From Anthoceros angustus (taxonomy: Eukaryota > Plantae > Anthocerotophyta): a stretch of DNA of 64,000 nt. Below the pieces are notes generated by a model, which saw only the letters and a list, made by a program, of their open reading frames with translations, did not search any database and was not told the DNA's origin. The position numbers and the translations under genes are program-made. This document shows positions 25,372-37,839 of this stretch, one piece after another. Numbering within the stretch: position 1 is the stretch's first letter; each line of letters starts with the position of its first letter. Where the stretch lies: positions 496,001-560,000 of the forward strand of contig MU008168.1 in the NCBI GenBank assembly GCA_010909165.1, in the 5' to 3' direction.

Positions 25372-26491
25372 CAAAAGTGGTCTCACACACACAACTCCCG
25401 AGGCGGAGTCAACATGCCCTAACTCAACTCAGGGAAGATGCCATAAGCCACAGCCATGAAATGTTCCTACTTTGTTGTTGTCATGACTTGAGGAGTCATT
25501 AACAAGCCATACCTAATTTTATCAGAATGAGTCTGATAGATTGAAAGGCTTTTTGGGTATGGCTAATCTCGTTAAAATTAATGCTAAGCATGAAAGATGC
25601 ACGTAAAAGACACAGCTCTGTGTAGTGGGACCAGACAGTTGGCACAGGAGCCTAAAGTTTTGGAAGAAGAACAATTTACCAATGAGCAGTTATTTAGGAG
25701 CTTAACATTGAGGACAATTCACACAGAGCTTAAGAGCTAATGTGGACGTTTAGAAGCAGTTGAGAACATGCTATATGTGGAAAGCCACATGTACACTAAC
25801 CCTTCCCTGGACTGTCGGTTTGAACGTTTTTTTTTGTTTTTCTCATGTCTGGAGTCATGGAGTGCTTAGGAAATGTCAAAGGCAAAGACCTTTTATACCA
25901 AAAGTGGTCCTTGGCCCATGGCAATATTACTTCTACAAATAATTAGTCCTCGGACCTCGAATCTGTGCATGTCAGGCCAGGCTAGAAGGTCCTTGGACCT
26001 TGGGATTTTTAAGAATAAAAAATTGTCTATATATGGTGGGGGGACCCTTCATTCAGCAACGGTGGTGCAGGTCTGCAAGATTTCAAGGGGCGCGCGAGCT
26101 GAAGTTCGGCAACTGGGCGGGACTTCAGCGGAGTTGAGTGAAGGGCGGCGACGTAGCCACGCTGTGGACGAGGGTTTTACGCGCAAGTGTTTGCATCCAT
26201 GGAAAGAGCATCAGGAGAGTATCGCAACCGCGACATGCGGTGGGGAAAAACGCGACGTGTCGAGGCCGCTGGTGTAGGCTCTGAGGCAAGGAGCCCGTGA
26301 CTGAGCGGAGCGGGGTGGTCGTGGAGCTCGAAGGGGAACTTCCTCCTGGACTGTGGATCAGAGGTAGAGCTTGGAGGAGTTTGAACCGGTCATGAGCGGG
26401 AAGGAAGAGATGGCGCCTCGGGCTGTGGCAGAGATTCCCACTACGCAGTGGCCCAACATGGATCACTGGAAAGGTTAGAGCTGGTGGCCTT

Positions 26492-27860
26492 GTGCAGGAG
26501 CTGGGTCTGAACTTCATGGAGAGGAAGTGGTGTTACGTGCAACGCAGAGGTGCCACGGTGAAGCCAAGTCGCGGGGAGGGCGACATGGTGAGGCCACAAA
26601 ATTGGGACCCGAACTCTTCGCGTATGGGCGGAGGAGGTCGGAAGACGGAGTCCGTGATTGACCCCCAGAGGAAGAAGACCTTGAAGGCCGCAGCGGCAGC
26701 AATTATGAAGCCTGGGAAGGTGCGGGCTAACAATGGATGGGTGACCCGCCAACTGGCGTCTGTGCAACTCGTGGGGCTGGCCAAGTGGATTTTGTGCTTC
26801 CTGCAGAACAGGAAGCTGGATCACATGGCGAACCACTTCCTGGTCTTCCTCCATGAAGTAGTTAAGGGCACGCGGATTGATTGGGGCAGAATAATTTTTG
26901 AGAGGGCGTGTGAAGAGAGGGCGAACTTGCTCTCCCCCTCGCCTCGTCCCTCTCTGATCTCGCCCTTCTTGATTTATGTATTTGCGCATTCCAAGTATTT
27001 AACTGAGTTGGAGGTTGTGTCTGCCCTCCATAGCTGGAAGCCGGTCAGGGAGCTCAAGGTAGAAGAAGAAAAGACCAAGGAAGATTCGGGGGAGGACTCC
27101 AGCAGTTGGGAATTTGCGGCCCCCGAAGATTCAGATGAAGCAGGGTAGGTCACAAAGAGCCGGAAAAGGAAGGCAGGGGCTATAGGTGGGGTCGACCAAA
27201 AGGGGAAGATACCGAATAGGGGCGTGGAGCCCACAACCACACCCAGTCACCGTGTCAAAGAGGCAAGAACCATGAGAGAAGGAGGGGAAGGCAATAGGAA
27301 AACGGCAGGTTATCCCCTCTGCTGGTGTGGAGGACGAGTCGCAACTGTTAGGGGAGTTTTTTATGAATGAGGAGGCAGTTGCAAACCAACTCCTTTGGCC
27401 TGTCCAGCTGAGGTGGAGGCAAGTGACACAACCCGAGTACGGGGCCTGATATGGAAGGGGATGGGCACTGGAACATCCCAATTTGGTGACCTGCAGAGTC
27501 TGACTTTGGCAATGACTCAGACCCAGTCGGATTTTCTCGACCAGGCAGCCATGGCTCTTACCTGGCTTAGTATGCAGGGGCAGCAAGAGAAGCTGCTCAA
27601 GGAAAAGTTGAAGGGAGTGGAGAGCAAGAAAAAGGCAATGGAGGACCGCAGGCGGGAGTGTGAAGAGTCACTAACAAGACACAGGAGGAGCTGAGGGTTA
27701 TGTCCACCCAACAGAAGGCCCTGGTGACCCAAGTAAAAGGGGCGCATGCTACGATTGAGGAGCTCCAGAATGAAATTTCGCGAGTCCAAGAACAGGCTGG
27801 CGCCTCTGGAGAAGTTCAAGAAACTAGCGAAGAGGTATAAGCGGGAGAGAGAGGAGGCTA
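26492..27860 (+). pseudogene. LTR-retrotransposon accessory ORF (Ty3 Tat/Athila-like extra ORF) with C-terminal coiled coil, degenerate
   Basis: ORF 26492..27148 has VVKGTRIDWGRIIFERACEE..SLISPFLIYVF, then an acidic linker and K/E-rich coiled coil (27395..27694). This layout is typical of plant retroelement accessory proteins. Confidence 0.45.
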
Positions 27861-30800
27861 GGTGGGGGAAGCCATTGTCGAGCGCCAGGTAGGAGAATCT
27901 GTCCCCAGTTCAAGGAGCAGCCAGTCCAGGATTGTCCACGGGCGGAGAGGGTAAGGACCTCTTTAGTAGAAGGCGTGTTGCTGACATCGGATGAGGATGC
28001 TTATGTCCGGCCACGCTTCCTACATGGTGAGCCGGTGCTCACTCTAAATGTGTAGTTGTTGGGACAAGAGGCGAAAACTCTTGTTGCACATCCTAATCGC
28101 ACTGAGCTCCTAATGGTTCCTTCGAGCAGGAGTCAGCACCACCCTCCGCAGGTTATGCTCGAGGAGATGAGCAGTGAGGCCGGAGCATGGAGGGAGGTCT
28201 GCGGTGTGTGGGCGTCCCGGTGATGAGGCGAGGCAACATGCGCGAGGCGATGACGGTGCCACCTCACGGAAGGAGTGAAGGACCTCGGATAAGCCGAGTG
28301 AGGTGGAGGTATTAAGGGAGAATCTTTCGGATCACAGGCGTGGTAGGAGAGCGAGGGGAACACTGTGGACTATGGGCTCTTCCCCTTAGGCAGGTAATAA
28401 GCTAGGTTTTGTTTTTTTCGTAAGTGTGGAGTGGGAAATAAGGCGAAAAGGGAGAAATAAGGCCGGAGTAACTCCGGGCCGCACTCCAGAGTAGGCAAAG
28501 AGGCTACGGATGGCACTCCGGAGGCGGCTACTGGAGCAGGCCCGAACCTACGGACGGCACTCCGGAGGCGGCTTCTGAGGCAGCACTGGAGCGGCCACGA
28601 CTCAACACTCAGAGTGGCTACCAGGCACCCGGAGGCGGATCACGGACCGCACTTCGAGTAACCAGGTAAATCCAGGCCTCCGGAGTAAGTTGCGTGAAAT
28701 GCGCAGAGAAAGTAACTTTGGAGCAGGGTATTTTGTAGGCGCCACGTGGGCCGAGAGGCGGAGCAGGCATGTAGCGGACCAGACCAGTAGGGTTGCCAAT
28801 GGTTATGGGCAAAAGGCAAACTCACGAATTCATGCGCCTGTGAGTAAGAGCTAGAATGCATGCGGACGGTAAAGCTAGAGTAAGTGGGCTATGGACTTTT
28901 GGGGGTTAGGAAATAAGTCGGGTTTTGTTTTTTCGTAGGTTCAAATAGTAAAATAAGTGAGGGAGGAATAAGCACGGATGGTGCTTGATGAGCTCCCGGC
29001 GGACTCCGGAGCGTGGGTAACGGACCCCAGACTACTATGACGAGCTTTACTCACGCACCGCAGAACGGATAAGTCCTGACCCACTCCGGTCAAAACAGAT
29101 AAGCACGCTAAAGTAATTTGAAGTCGGTCGTGAGGACAGACCGAGCGCGCCCACGGACGGCCCCGAGTGGAGGTCGGGCATGCACAGGGCCAGACCGGAG
29201 ATACTTGCTGGGGCGCAGGCAGTATTCACGCCCGCTGACTGTGCGCGGCGTAGGCCGTGAGTACGGTGGCGTAAGGTCGGTACAGTGGCAGACTGGGCAC
29301 ATGGCCACTCAAGAGGCACCCCGCCCGCCTGGGCCCACATTTCCACGGCGCCGACGAGGAGGGTCATTTCAGCGACTGAGACAATTTCGCAGCTTTCGCG
29401 CCATATAGGGTTCGAGAACCCATCCGGACTTACTCCGATCATGATGGAGGTCCCTCAAGGCGGTGGAGATGCCCGCCTGCTACGGACTTTTGAGGGTCTT
29501 CACTGCTGGGCGGCCGTGGAGACACGGTTGGTAAGTACCTGCCACACGGATAAGCTTTGGGGTCTACGGATGTTTTATAGACCTGTAGCGTAGAAGCACT
29601 GTAGGGCGGCATGGTGCTCCTGAGTGGGGCTTGAGTGCCCGTGAGGCGAGGGAGGAAGGCCTTTGCCGTGATCAAGAGGGAACGGAGGCCGAAGGGAAGT
29701 CCGTCCATCTGACAGACCGGACTAAATTCCTAGCCTGGGTGAGCCCTGCACAGGAGGCCCAAGCTGCATCAAGACCGCAGCGGAGAGGGTAGGAGGCGCA
29801 GGAGGCCCTGCCAGTAGAAGGCCGCGACCGGCCGAGGCGTGTACCGACTCGACCAAGCCGGTGAAGCCCAGGAAGGCGGCGAGGGAGGCGGACCGTTAAG
29901 ACTGACCGCGATCACTATCGGCGTGATCGAACCGGTGGAGGGAGACTAAGTAAGAAGCACACAACTCAAGAAGGCAGGAGGCGGCAAAGTGCCGCCATGC
30001 CGAGAAGGAAGCCCATGCAAGGAGTTGAGGATCTCCCGACTCGCTTGCGCGAGGTGGAGCAATGCGGTGAGATGGAAGACCAAGAGATTCGCACCAACGG
30101 TTACCATGAGAGGAATGGTAATCCAGTAGGCGTGCTCTCGATCACGAACAGAAGGAGCGGCTCAAATTATGCGGAGGGTGCTGGGCATGGCGAACAGGAG
30201 CGTGATCGTCGCCAATGGAGAAGAACTGGCGGAAAATGTAATCTCGCAGATGACCGCACAGTAGGAGATATGAGCTAACGCTTGATAAACGGAGCGAGCA
30301 CTGGACGCAGGAAGTCACTGGTCCAGAAGGCTAAGGGAGCGTTGCGGCTAAGCCGGGTAGCGAAATGAGAACGACGGCAGCTGAGCAGCGGAGAGCAATA
30401 GCGGGCGGTTGCAGTGGTGACCGAAAGGCCTCAGGGCTCGCAGATTCGGCCGCTCACTTAACGAACTGGCAGGGGATGGTCCAGCGGGAAGCGACAAAGA
30501 CGCCAGCCCGAGCACCAATGGTTAAGGAGTATCGGTGCACATGTGGAAGAGGCAATCCAAAGAAATTGACTCGGATTTTGCTTACCACGCCGAGCTCCAA
30601 GGCATTGAGGCCTCACCGCTACACACCGGACCCGATGGCCTCGTGGCGGGGATGAAGGGCATGGGATGACAACCCAGCGGCCCTGCTTGGAGACGACGGC
30701 AATGGAGAAGAGCCTGGAGGCGGACGCCTGAATACAACGGATCTCGTGGTAAGCCCACCGCAACCCGCCGGAGGAGGAGGCGGCCTGGAAGGCGCGGGTG

Positions 30801-30879
30801 AAGAGGCCAACCCACCCAAGACAAGGGCTTGTGGTAAGGATGAGGACCCAGCGATGGAGGTCCTTGAGATAAGGTCCGG

Positions 30880-31950
30880 AGCTTGGGGACGGACCCGTGT
30901 CAATAAGTCGGACCGAGTCGAACCCGAGATGAGACCGGACCAGGCCGGACTCGGAATAAGCGAGACTCAGAGTTCGAGACTCGGGAGTCGAGGCCGGACC
31001 TCAGTCCGGACTCGAGAAGCAAGGAGGTCCCTCCGACTTCTTGGGAAGCGGCAGTCGGTGGCCCTACGGGAGGACCTTTGGGGGCAGGGGACGGCGTTGT
31101 GGTGATCGTCGGACCTTGGCCGATAGCACTGAGTTCCGGAAGAGGAAGGGTCCCGCCTCGCGGATCATCCGATTGAGTGCGCCATAGCTATCGGGGCGGA
31201 GATTGGACCACCAATACGGAACCAGGACCTTCCAGGCCCACGTGACGAAGGAGATAGGAGGAGGAATAGGATGGTAGGCGGCCGATTAGGCGTCTTGGTA
31301 GCCACCGGCTCGAGAATAGGGTGTAATAAAGCGCCGACTTGGGCGTAGTATAAGAGGGTGAGGCTCGAATAAATCATCTTCTCTTGGTGATCTGGCGTTT
31401 CTTGACCTTGTGTGTCTTCCCGTAACGTGAGTCCCGAGTCATCGAAAGGTGCACGATACCCGGAGAGATCGATCAAGGTCACTGTGGACCCCTAACGTGT
31501 GGTGGTGTGTGCGGGGAAGGCGGCAGGGACCGTGTTCGTCAGGCGGCCCAGTCGGCGGGGCGTGTGAGCGGAGGAACTCCGGGAGGCGTCTGAGCGGACG
31601 GAGGCCCAGTTGAGCAACGGAGGAGGTCGGGCTGTGTAGCCACTGCGTTCTTTTCAAGGTTGATAGGCGTAGTGAGTGATGAGAGGAGCGGACTTGAGGG
31701 CGGTGACGTGCGGAAGCAGTCTGGACGCAAAGCGGGTCGTAAGCGTTTGGCCACCGAACTGTTGATGCGTTGTCGTAGATAGTTAGGCGCAGCGATTTAC
31801 GTGTGTTAAGTTGGCGGACAAAGTAAGGATCGGTCGAAGCGAACAGAGCCTTTCATTCTCTCGAGAACTACTCCTTACTACAACGACACGAGATAATGTG
31901 CACAGCGCATTGTACGGCCCGGGTTGGCCGCCGAAAATCGCGCCATAGTA
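30880..31950 (+). repeat. LTR-like repeat, copy 1 (diverged copy at ~36000-37180)
   Basis: Shared blocks: CGCGGATCATCC; TTGGGCGTAGTATAAGAGGG (TATA-like); CCTTGTGTGTC; CCCGGAGAGAT.GATCAAGGTC; CCCTAACGTGTGGTGGTGTGTG; GCCGCCGAAA.TCGCGCCATA. Spacing about 5.2 kb. Termini not resolved. Confidence 0.65.
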
Positions 31951-34189
31951 AGCAATGCGCGGGATTCCGGCGATTCGAAGGATGCCCCCGCGCTTAGTGG
32001 TTACCTCCAGCGCCTTTCAGCCCTCGAGGCTGCGCTATTCATTCTCTCGAGCGGCGGTCGGCGGTAGTGTTCCCTGCATACCTCGTTGACTACCACGGGC
32101 TACTACTGTGTTGCATCTTTTCAGCGGACCGAAAGCGCAATTCAGAAGGCTCATGACCCGCTGAGCGGGCGCTCCAGCGAAGCGAAGCGTTGGCGGAGTG
32201 AAGGAGAATTGTCGCCCTCAGCCCCAAAACAACAAATGAGACGAGGCGCGCGACAATGGGGCTAAGAAGGCAGCAGGCGGCGAGGTTTAGGAACCATGCA
32301 AGGCTAGTGGAACGCAGAAACATATCGCCACGCAACGCTATCCGACTCCCCCAATTTGAGACGGGAGGCGGAGCTAAAGTGGAGGGGCCTAGCACTGGAT
32401 ATCTTCCGTGTACTGTTCGGACTTTGTACGGGGTCCGCCTTAGTCAAGAATCACGCTGGAAGATGTTGGCGGTGGCCAACAAGGAGGTCGCTCAAGAATC
32501 CTCTAAGGGAGGACCCGTGAGGGTGGACCACTTGGTGACAAATTGCTGGTGTTCCTCCAGCCCTGGGCAGGGAGCGAGGGAACAGCCGGTAGGAAGAATT
32601 ATCTTCGCCGGGGATCAACCAGAGGCTGAGGCCGGAAGTTGAGGTGAAGCCACCCCGTCAGGCGTTGTCTCGGGTTATAATCCATGCTGGGGCACTGGGA
32701 CCTCACGAGGAGAGAGAGGAAGGGCGTGCGCTCGGAAGAGATGCAAGTCTCTGCCTGCGGGCGTGAAGGAGAGGCGTGGGAGCAAGGCCGCCTGGTCGAG
32801 GGGCCGCCAAGCGAGTCGGGAGGAGGAGCGGCGGGAGGACCTCGGGACTCCATCGTCTGGAGCGGACCCTCGGCCACTGGGGAAGTGTGGGAAGCCATCC
32901 TTGCACTTCCTTCTTTTAGATTCCTTCTCACGGGAGCACCCCTCAAGGCGAGGAGGAGGCGTACGAGGAAGGAAGGGCGGGCGGTCGCGGCGCGCCATGC
33001 CGGACAACCTACGGCCATGGCGGCCCGTTGAACCGCCGTAGGACTAGGCGGGCGAAAGAAGAAGGAAGGCCTGCCAGCTACATGGCTCCTACCAACAACG
33101 CACGCCTCAGACCGATCGGTCCGCCTTACTAGCCGGCGGTGGCGGGGAAGCGGAGGCCGTAATGAAGAAGAGCGAGAGAGGATCTTTGCCTGTGAGGGGT
33201 GGGAGGCCAGCGCGTGACCTCGAATTTCGACCCCGTCACCCCGTCCCTAACCGGGAGAGGTAAGATGGCTGCCTCCGTGGACCCCTCACCACCTCCGAGC
33301 CCCAAGAGAAGGCGGCGAGAAGGAGCTAGCGCCAAGAGGACCAAGGAGGTCGGTCCGATTAAAACACTGGGACCTGAGGGTCCCGATTGGTCCGGAGACC
33401 CAGTCCGCCTCCTCCGGATCAGTGATGGCGGTCCCAACGGACCGGGAGATGCCTGCACCCACGACGGATTTTGGGTGTCTCCTCAACGGTGGCCGGAGGA
33501 GACACGGCGGTGCCTGCAACCTGGCCATGGACGGTGGAGGCTCGGGGTCTCACGAACGGCAGAAGACCTGAGGAAGTGGAGGCCACAAGGAGACTGGATG
33601 TGCCTCGTGACAGTGGAGGCGCCCAAGCGCCAAGAGGAAGGCGTAAACCTCGCGAGAGTCGAGGAGGAGAAGGCCGTGCGAGACTCGAGGCAAGGTCCGC
33701 TTCAACAAGATCGCTGTGATCCTTCAACCGTGAATCGGGCAAGCGATGAGGCAAGCAAAGGCGGAGGACCTTTGCACACGGAGAGAAGTGGCCCAAGAGG
33801 AGGTAGAGGAAGCCCGAAGGCAGGCAGAAAGGGCTAAGGACCTGGCCGAGACGGCTCGACAAGAGCAACACCAAGCCTGGGAGGCTCATGTGAAGGGGGC
33901 GTGAGGCCGAGGCTGCCAAGCGAAGAGATAGGACCACCACCATGGGACCAAAACCGTGGAGGGAGACGGCAGAGTAGCAAGCCAACTGGGGCAAGGGCCG
34001 AGCGTGAAGGCGAAGCAGGTGTGAAGAAGAAAGGGAGGCACCCGAGAGATGGAGGATCCCCACAGCCAAGGAGCGGAGGAGCGCGCCTGTGAGTTGGAGG
34101 ATCGCAGGAGACTCGAGTCAGAGCTCTGTGACACGGTGGAACGACATGGAATTCTGGGAGAATCATGGACCACGAGCGTGAGATCGAGC

Positions 34190-35590
34190 GCCCACTGCTG
34201 GAGGGGAGGAGAGTCGACGCTAACTAAGGAGATGGACATCGCCGAGTTGGAGACGGAGTGGAAGCGTGAGCCGGCAGAGGACCGCCGGGAGGGAGATGGT
34301 ATTCAGGCAAGGATGGATGGAGGGGAGGGGCTCGAGAGAGGAGCGTAAAACTAATCCGGTCCCACAAGGCTGGGCGGCGAACGCCGCCTATGGCCATCAA
34401 GTCGGCCGAGCCGGTGACGCACCAGAGGAGGAGCACGTGAGCGCAGAGGTCGCAGGAAGTGCTCTGAGGCAGGCCTTGGCGGCCTCAAGAGATTCCGCCC
34501 GACCTGGGGCCTAGGGCGAAGGACGAGACGGTCACAGCCAAAGACGCCTCAACCACCTGAGCACACCTCGGAGGAGGGAGTATCTGCCTGTGCTCATGTG
34601 GAGGAGGCACCAACAAGTCGATTCAGACTTTGCCTTTACTACCACTGGACTCCTCAAGGCCCAAGAGGTTCCGAGCCACCCCACAATCACGGACCTCCTG
34701 ACGGCCGAGGAGGAGGAGAGATGAAGGCCCCGGGGATAAAGATGGCCACCGGACCTTGGGAGCGTTGTTCGCCACGACAGCAGAGGAGGAGCACCAGGAG
34801 GAGCAGGACACGCGTACACCACGAGGCATAAGGTAAGCCCGCCGCCTCCAGCTCTGTTGGAGGGAGGAGGTGACAGCGAACTAAGGAGATGGACATCGCC
34901 GAGTTGGAGCGAATGGAGCTAAAGTGGGAAGCCAGGGAGGCGGGCGGAGGTGCGGGCCGCCTCCTGGGAGGGAGGGGATGGTGGGAGCCCTCAGGAGCAA
35001 GGACATTTGGATGGAGGAGAGGGGCTACGAGGAGAGGAGCGAACCACCGTCTTGGTCGGTTGCGGAAGAAGGCAGAGAAGGGCGTGTTCTATGGCCATCA
35101 AGGCGGCGAGTGCTACAGTGACGAGGAGGAGGAGCACGTGGAGGCAGAGTGCGAGGCTGCGAGGGAAGTGCCGGAAAAGGCACTTGGCGGCCTCAAGAGA
35201 TTCCGCCCGACCTTGGCGGCCTAGGACGGTGAGACGGGCCGCCAAAGACGCCAACTACCTGAGCACCTACGGAGGAGGGAGTATCGGGGTGCTCCGGGCT
35301 CATGTGGAGGAGGCGAGTTCGTAGGTCGATTAGGACTTTCGGCCTACTACCAGCGGACTCCTCAAGGCCCAAGAGGTCACGAGCCACCCCGTCACAATCG
35401 GCGAACCTCGGACGGGCCAATTGAGAGGAGGAGGAAGAGATGAAGGCCCCGGGGATGAAATGCCACCGGACCTTGGGAAAGCGTTGTTCGGCGGCGACAG
35501 CGATGAAGCGGGAGGGGAGCACCAGAGGAGGTGACACGCGTTGCGGACAATTCACTTAGGCATAAGGTAAGCCCCGCCCGCATTCCTCCG
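34190..35590 (+). repeat. Tandem duplication of a ~660-740 bp GC-rich unit
   Basis: AACTAAGGAGATGGACATCGCCGAGTTGGAG at ~34222 and ~34879; GGCGGCCTCAAGAGATTCCGCCCGACCT at ~34478 and ~35186; GGCATAAGGTAAGCCC at ~34825 and ~35559. Confidence 0.85.
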
Positions 35591-35699
35591 TGGAAGGAAG
35601 GACGAGGGCCCTGAGGGGGGCTTTAGGAGAGGAGGAAGTCCGGAAGACCCAAGCCAAAGCGGGGGTCCGATGGGCGAACCGGACTCGGGGTGGAGAAGT

Positions 35700-36150
35700 T
35701 CAGGACCTGTGAGTCCGAACCACGAGGTCCTGACCGTGAGACGAGACGGGACCTCGAGGTCCTGGACCCGAGACCAGACGCAGTGAGCCTTGTTTGAGGT
35801 CCGAGACCCCTAGGAGGCGAGACCGAACTTTCCCAGAGGTCCTGACTCCGAGACAGGACCACGAGACGGACTCAGGTCAGGCAGGACCCGGAGACGAGAC
35901 GGGACCCGAGGTCCGGATCGTGAGACACGAGACAGGGCAGGACCTCGAGGGATCCGGACTCGAGGCGAGACGGACCTCAGGTCCGGACTCGAGACTAGGT
36001 GATCGTGACTCGAGGTCCTGCAGACTCATGAATGACTAGCACCGAGGTCGGACTCGAGACGAGACCGGGACCCGAGGTCCGTGACCTCCAGGCAGACGGA
36101 CCACGAGGTCCGACCCCAGAGGTCGAGACCGACCCGAGGTCCTGACTCAG
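35700..36150 (+). repeat. Degenerate minisatellite (GAGACGGGACCCGAGGTCC-like units)
   Basis: Repeated GAGAC/GGACC/GAGGTCC words; a related tract lies at 30880-31020. Confidence 0.7.
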
Positions 36151-37725
36151 TGGCTTGACCTTTCAGGGCCCGGACTCAAAGTGAGAGGGGAATCACCAAT
36201 CGCGCCGGCCAGGTGAGTAACCTCCTCGGGGTCCTGCAGAGGTGAACCCACCAAAGGAGTCAAGAGAGGAAGGGAGGAGGACTTGGTGGTTACAGTTGTT
36301 AGACCGCCGCCGTAGCTCAACACGGAGTCTCGAAGGGAAGGGGCCCGCCCGCGGATCATCCAGGTGCGCCGGCAATCGCTGACTAGGGATTGGGCCACCA
36401 ATGCCGGGCGGAACTATTGTGCACTAGCCTCACCGTCACGAGATAGGCGGAATAGAGAGGAAATAGTAGGCTGGCAAAGTTAGGCACACCGAATCGCCAC
36501 CAAATTAATAGAAGTGTAATAAAGACGCCGCCCTTGGGCGTAGTATAAGAGGGCAGGGGCTGCTCTAGTAAAGCATCTTTCTTTTGGGGTGGATACCGCG
36601 TTCCCTTGTAGACCCTTGTGTGTCCTTTGCTAACGCGAGTCCTGAGTCACTGAGCAGGCACGACAGCCCCGGAGAGATTGATCAAGGTCCTGGTGACGGA
36701 CCCTAACGTGTGGTGGTGTGTGTAGGGGCGAACGACCAGAGACCCTTTGCTCTCCGGCAGCTGGGGCCAACACGAACGGATCAAACGCTGAGCCGGAACT
36801 CGGAGAGCGTAGAGCCCAGAGAGAGGCTTGACGCAACAAGTGAGGTTCTGGACCACGCACCCACCCACTCTTTCCCAACGAACGATGAGCGTAGTGAGAG
36901 TGGTAAGGAAGTCGGACTAGACGTAAACTTAGGGCGGATCGAGAGTACGGACGCCGTAACGAAGTCCTTAACTGCTGGCCGCCAGTCTGCTTCGCGACGT
37001 TAAGAGTAAGTTAGTAGTAATCAAGCGAAGACGCCGATTCCAAGGCTAAAACGGCCACGACGGTGCGGGTGAGAATTTGCTTGAGACGTACAACGAACTC
37101 TATCATTCTTTGGGAACGTAACTCCTCATTACAAACGAGACCGCGGCGCCGCCGGCTCTGCCGCCGAAAGTCGCGCCATAAACACCCATGGGACGCAGGA
37201 TAGGCAAAGAATAAGAAGGCGGCACGATTTCGTAGGGGAGCGACAGGTCATAGAGCTTTCACCGGATTAGGGAATAAGGTGCTAGGAAAGTTCGTGGAAT
37301 CAGAAGTTACCGAATTGGTAGGTCGCTAAATGGTAGGTTAGCCATTTTTCGTATTAATCGGAGAAAAGTGAGTTATGGCGTTCCGCGGCCGGATGTACAA
37401 GAGACCCTTCGCCTCTCTTGTTAGACAATTTCGTGTGAGCTCGCTGTCGACCGCGAGGTTGATTGAGACGTCCCCGATCAATACGTCCGATCTGTGGCCG
37501 CCTTCCACAAGAGGGCCGGGAGATCCTCGGATGGTCGAGAGTCGAGTGACCAAGCTCCGCCTGGGCGACTAACGGTGAGGCGCCTACTTACGCTTAAGAG
37601 GAAGATTTCCGCAGGGGACCAGGGTGAGATCGCGGATGTGCGAATCGCCTTGGTGCTGACCAGCTGTTTTTTTTCTTTCCTTCCCAACCCGCTGTCTAAC
37701 CAGATTGGGTCTAATTCCAAGGTGA

Positions 37726-37812
37726 GGTCTATGTGGCCTGAGGGGGGTCTATGTGGCCCAAGGTGGGGTCTGTGTGGCCTAAGGGGAGGGTCTGTGTGGC
37801 CTAAGAGAGGGG
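37726..37812 (+). repeat. 21-bp tandem repeat x4
   Basis: GGTCT(A/G)TGTGGCC(T/C)(A/G)AG..GG units, at the junction into the Copia fragment. Confidence 0.8.
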
Positions 37813-37839
37813 GATTGGTGGGAACATTTTACGCGTCAA

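Noticed and set aside
32090-35555. Many overlapping R/G/P-rich ORFs
   Set aside because: Expected in GC-rich repetitive DNA; no conserved motifs and frames are not kept between duplicates.
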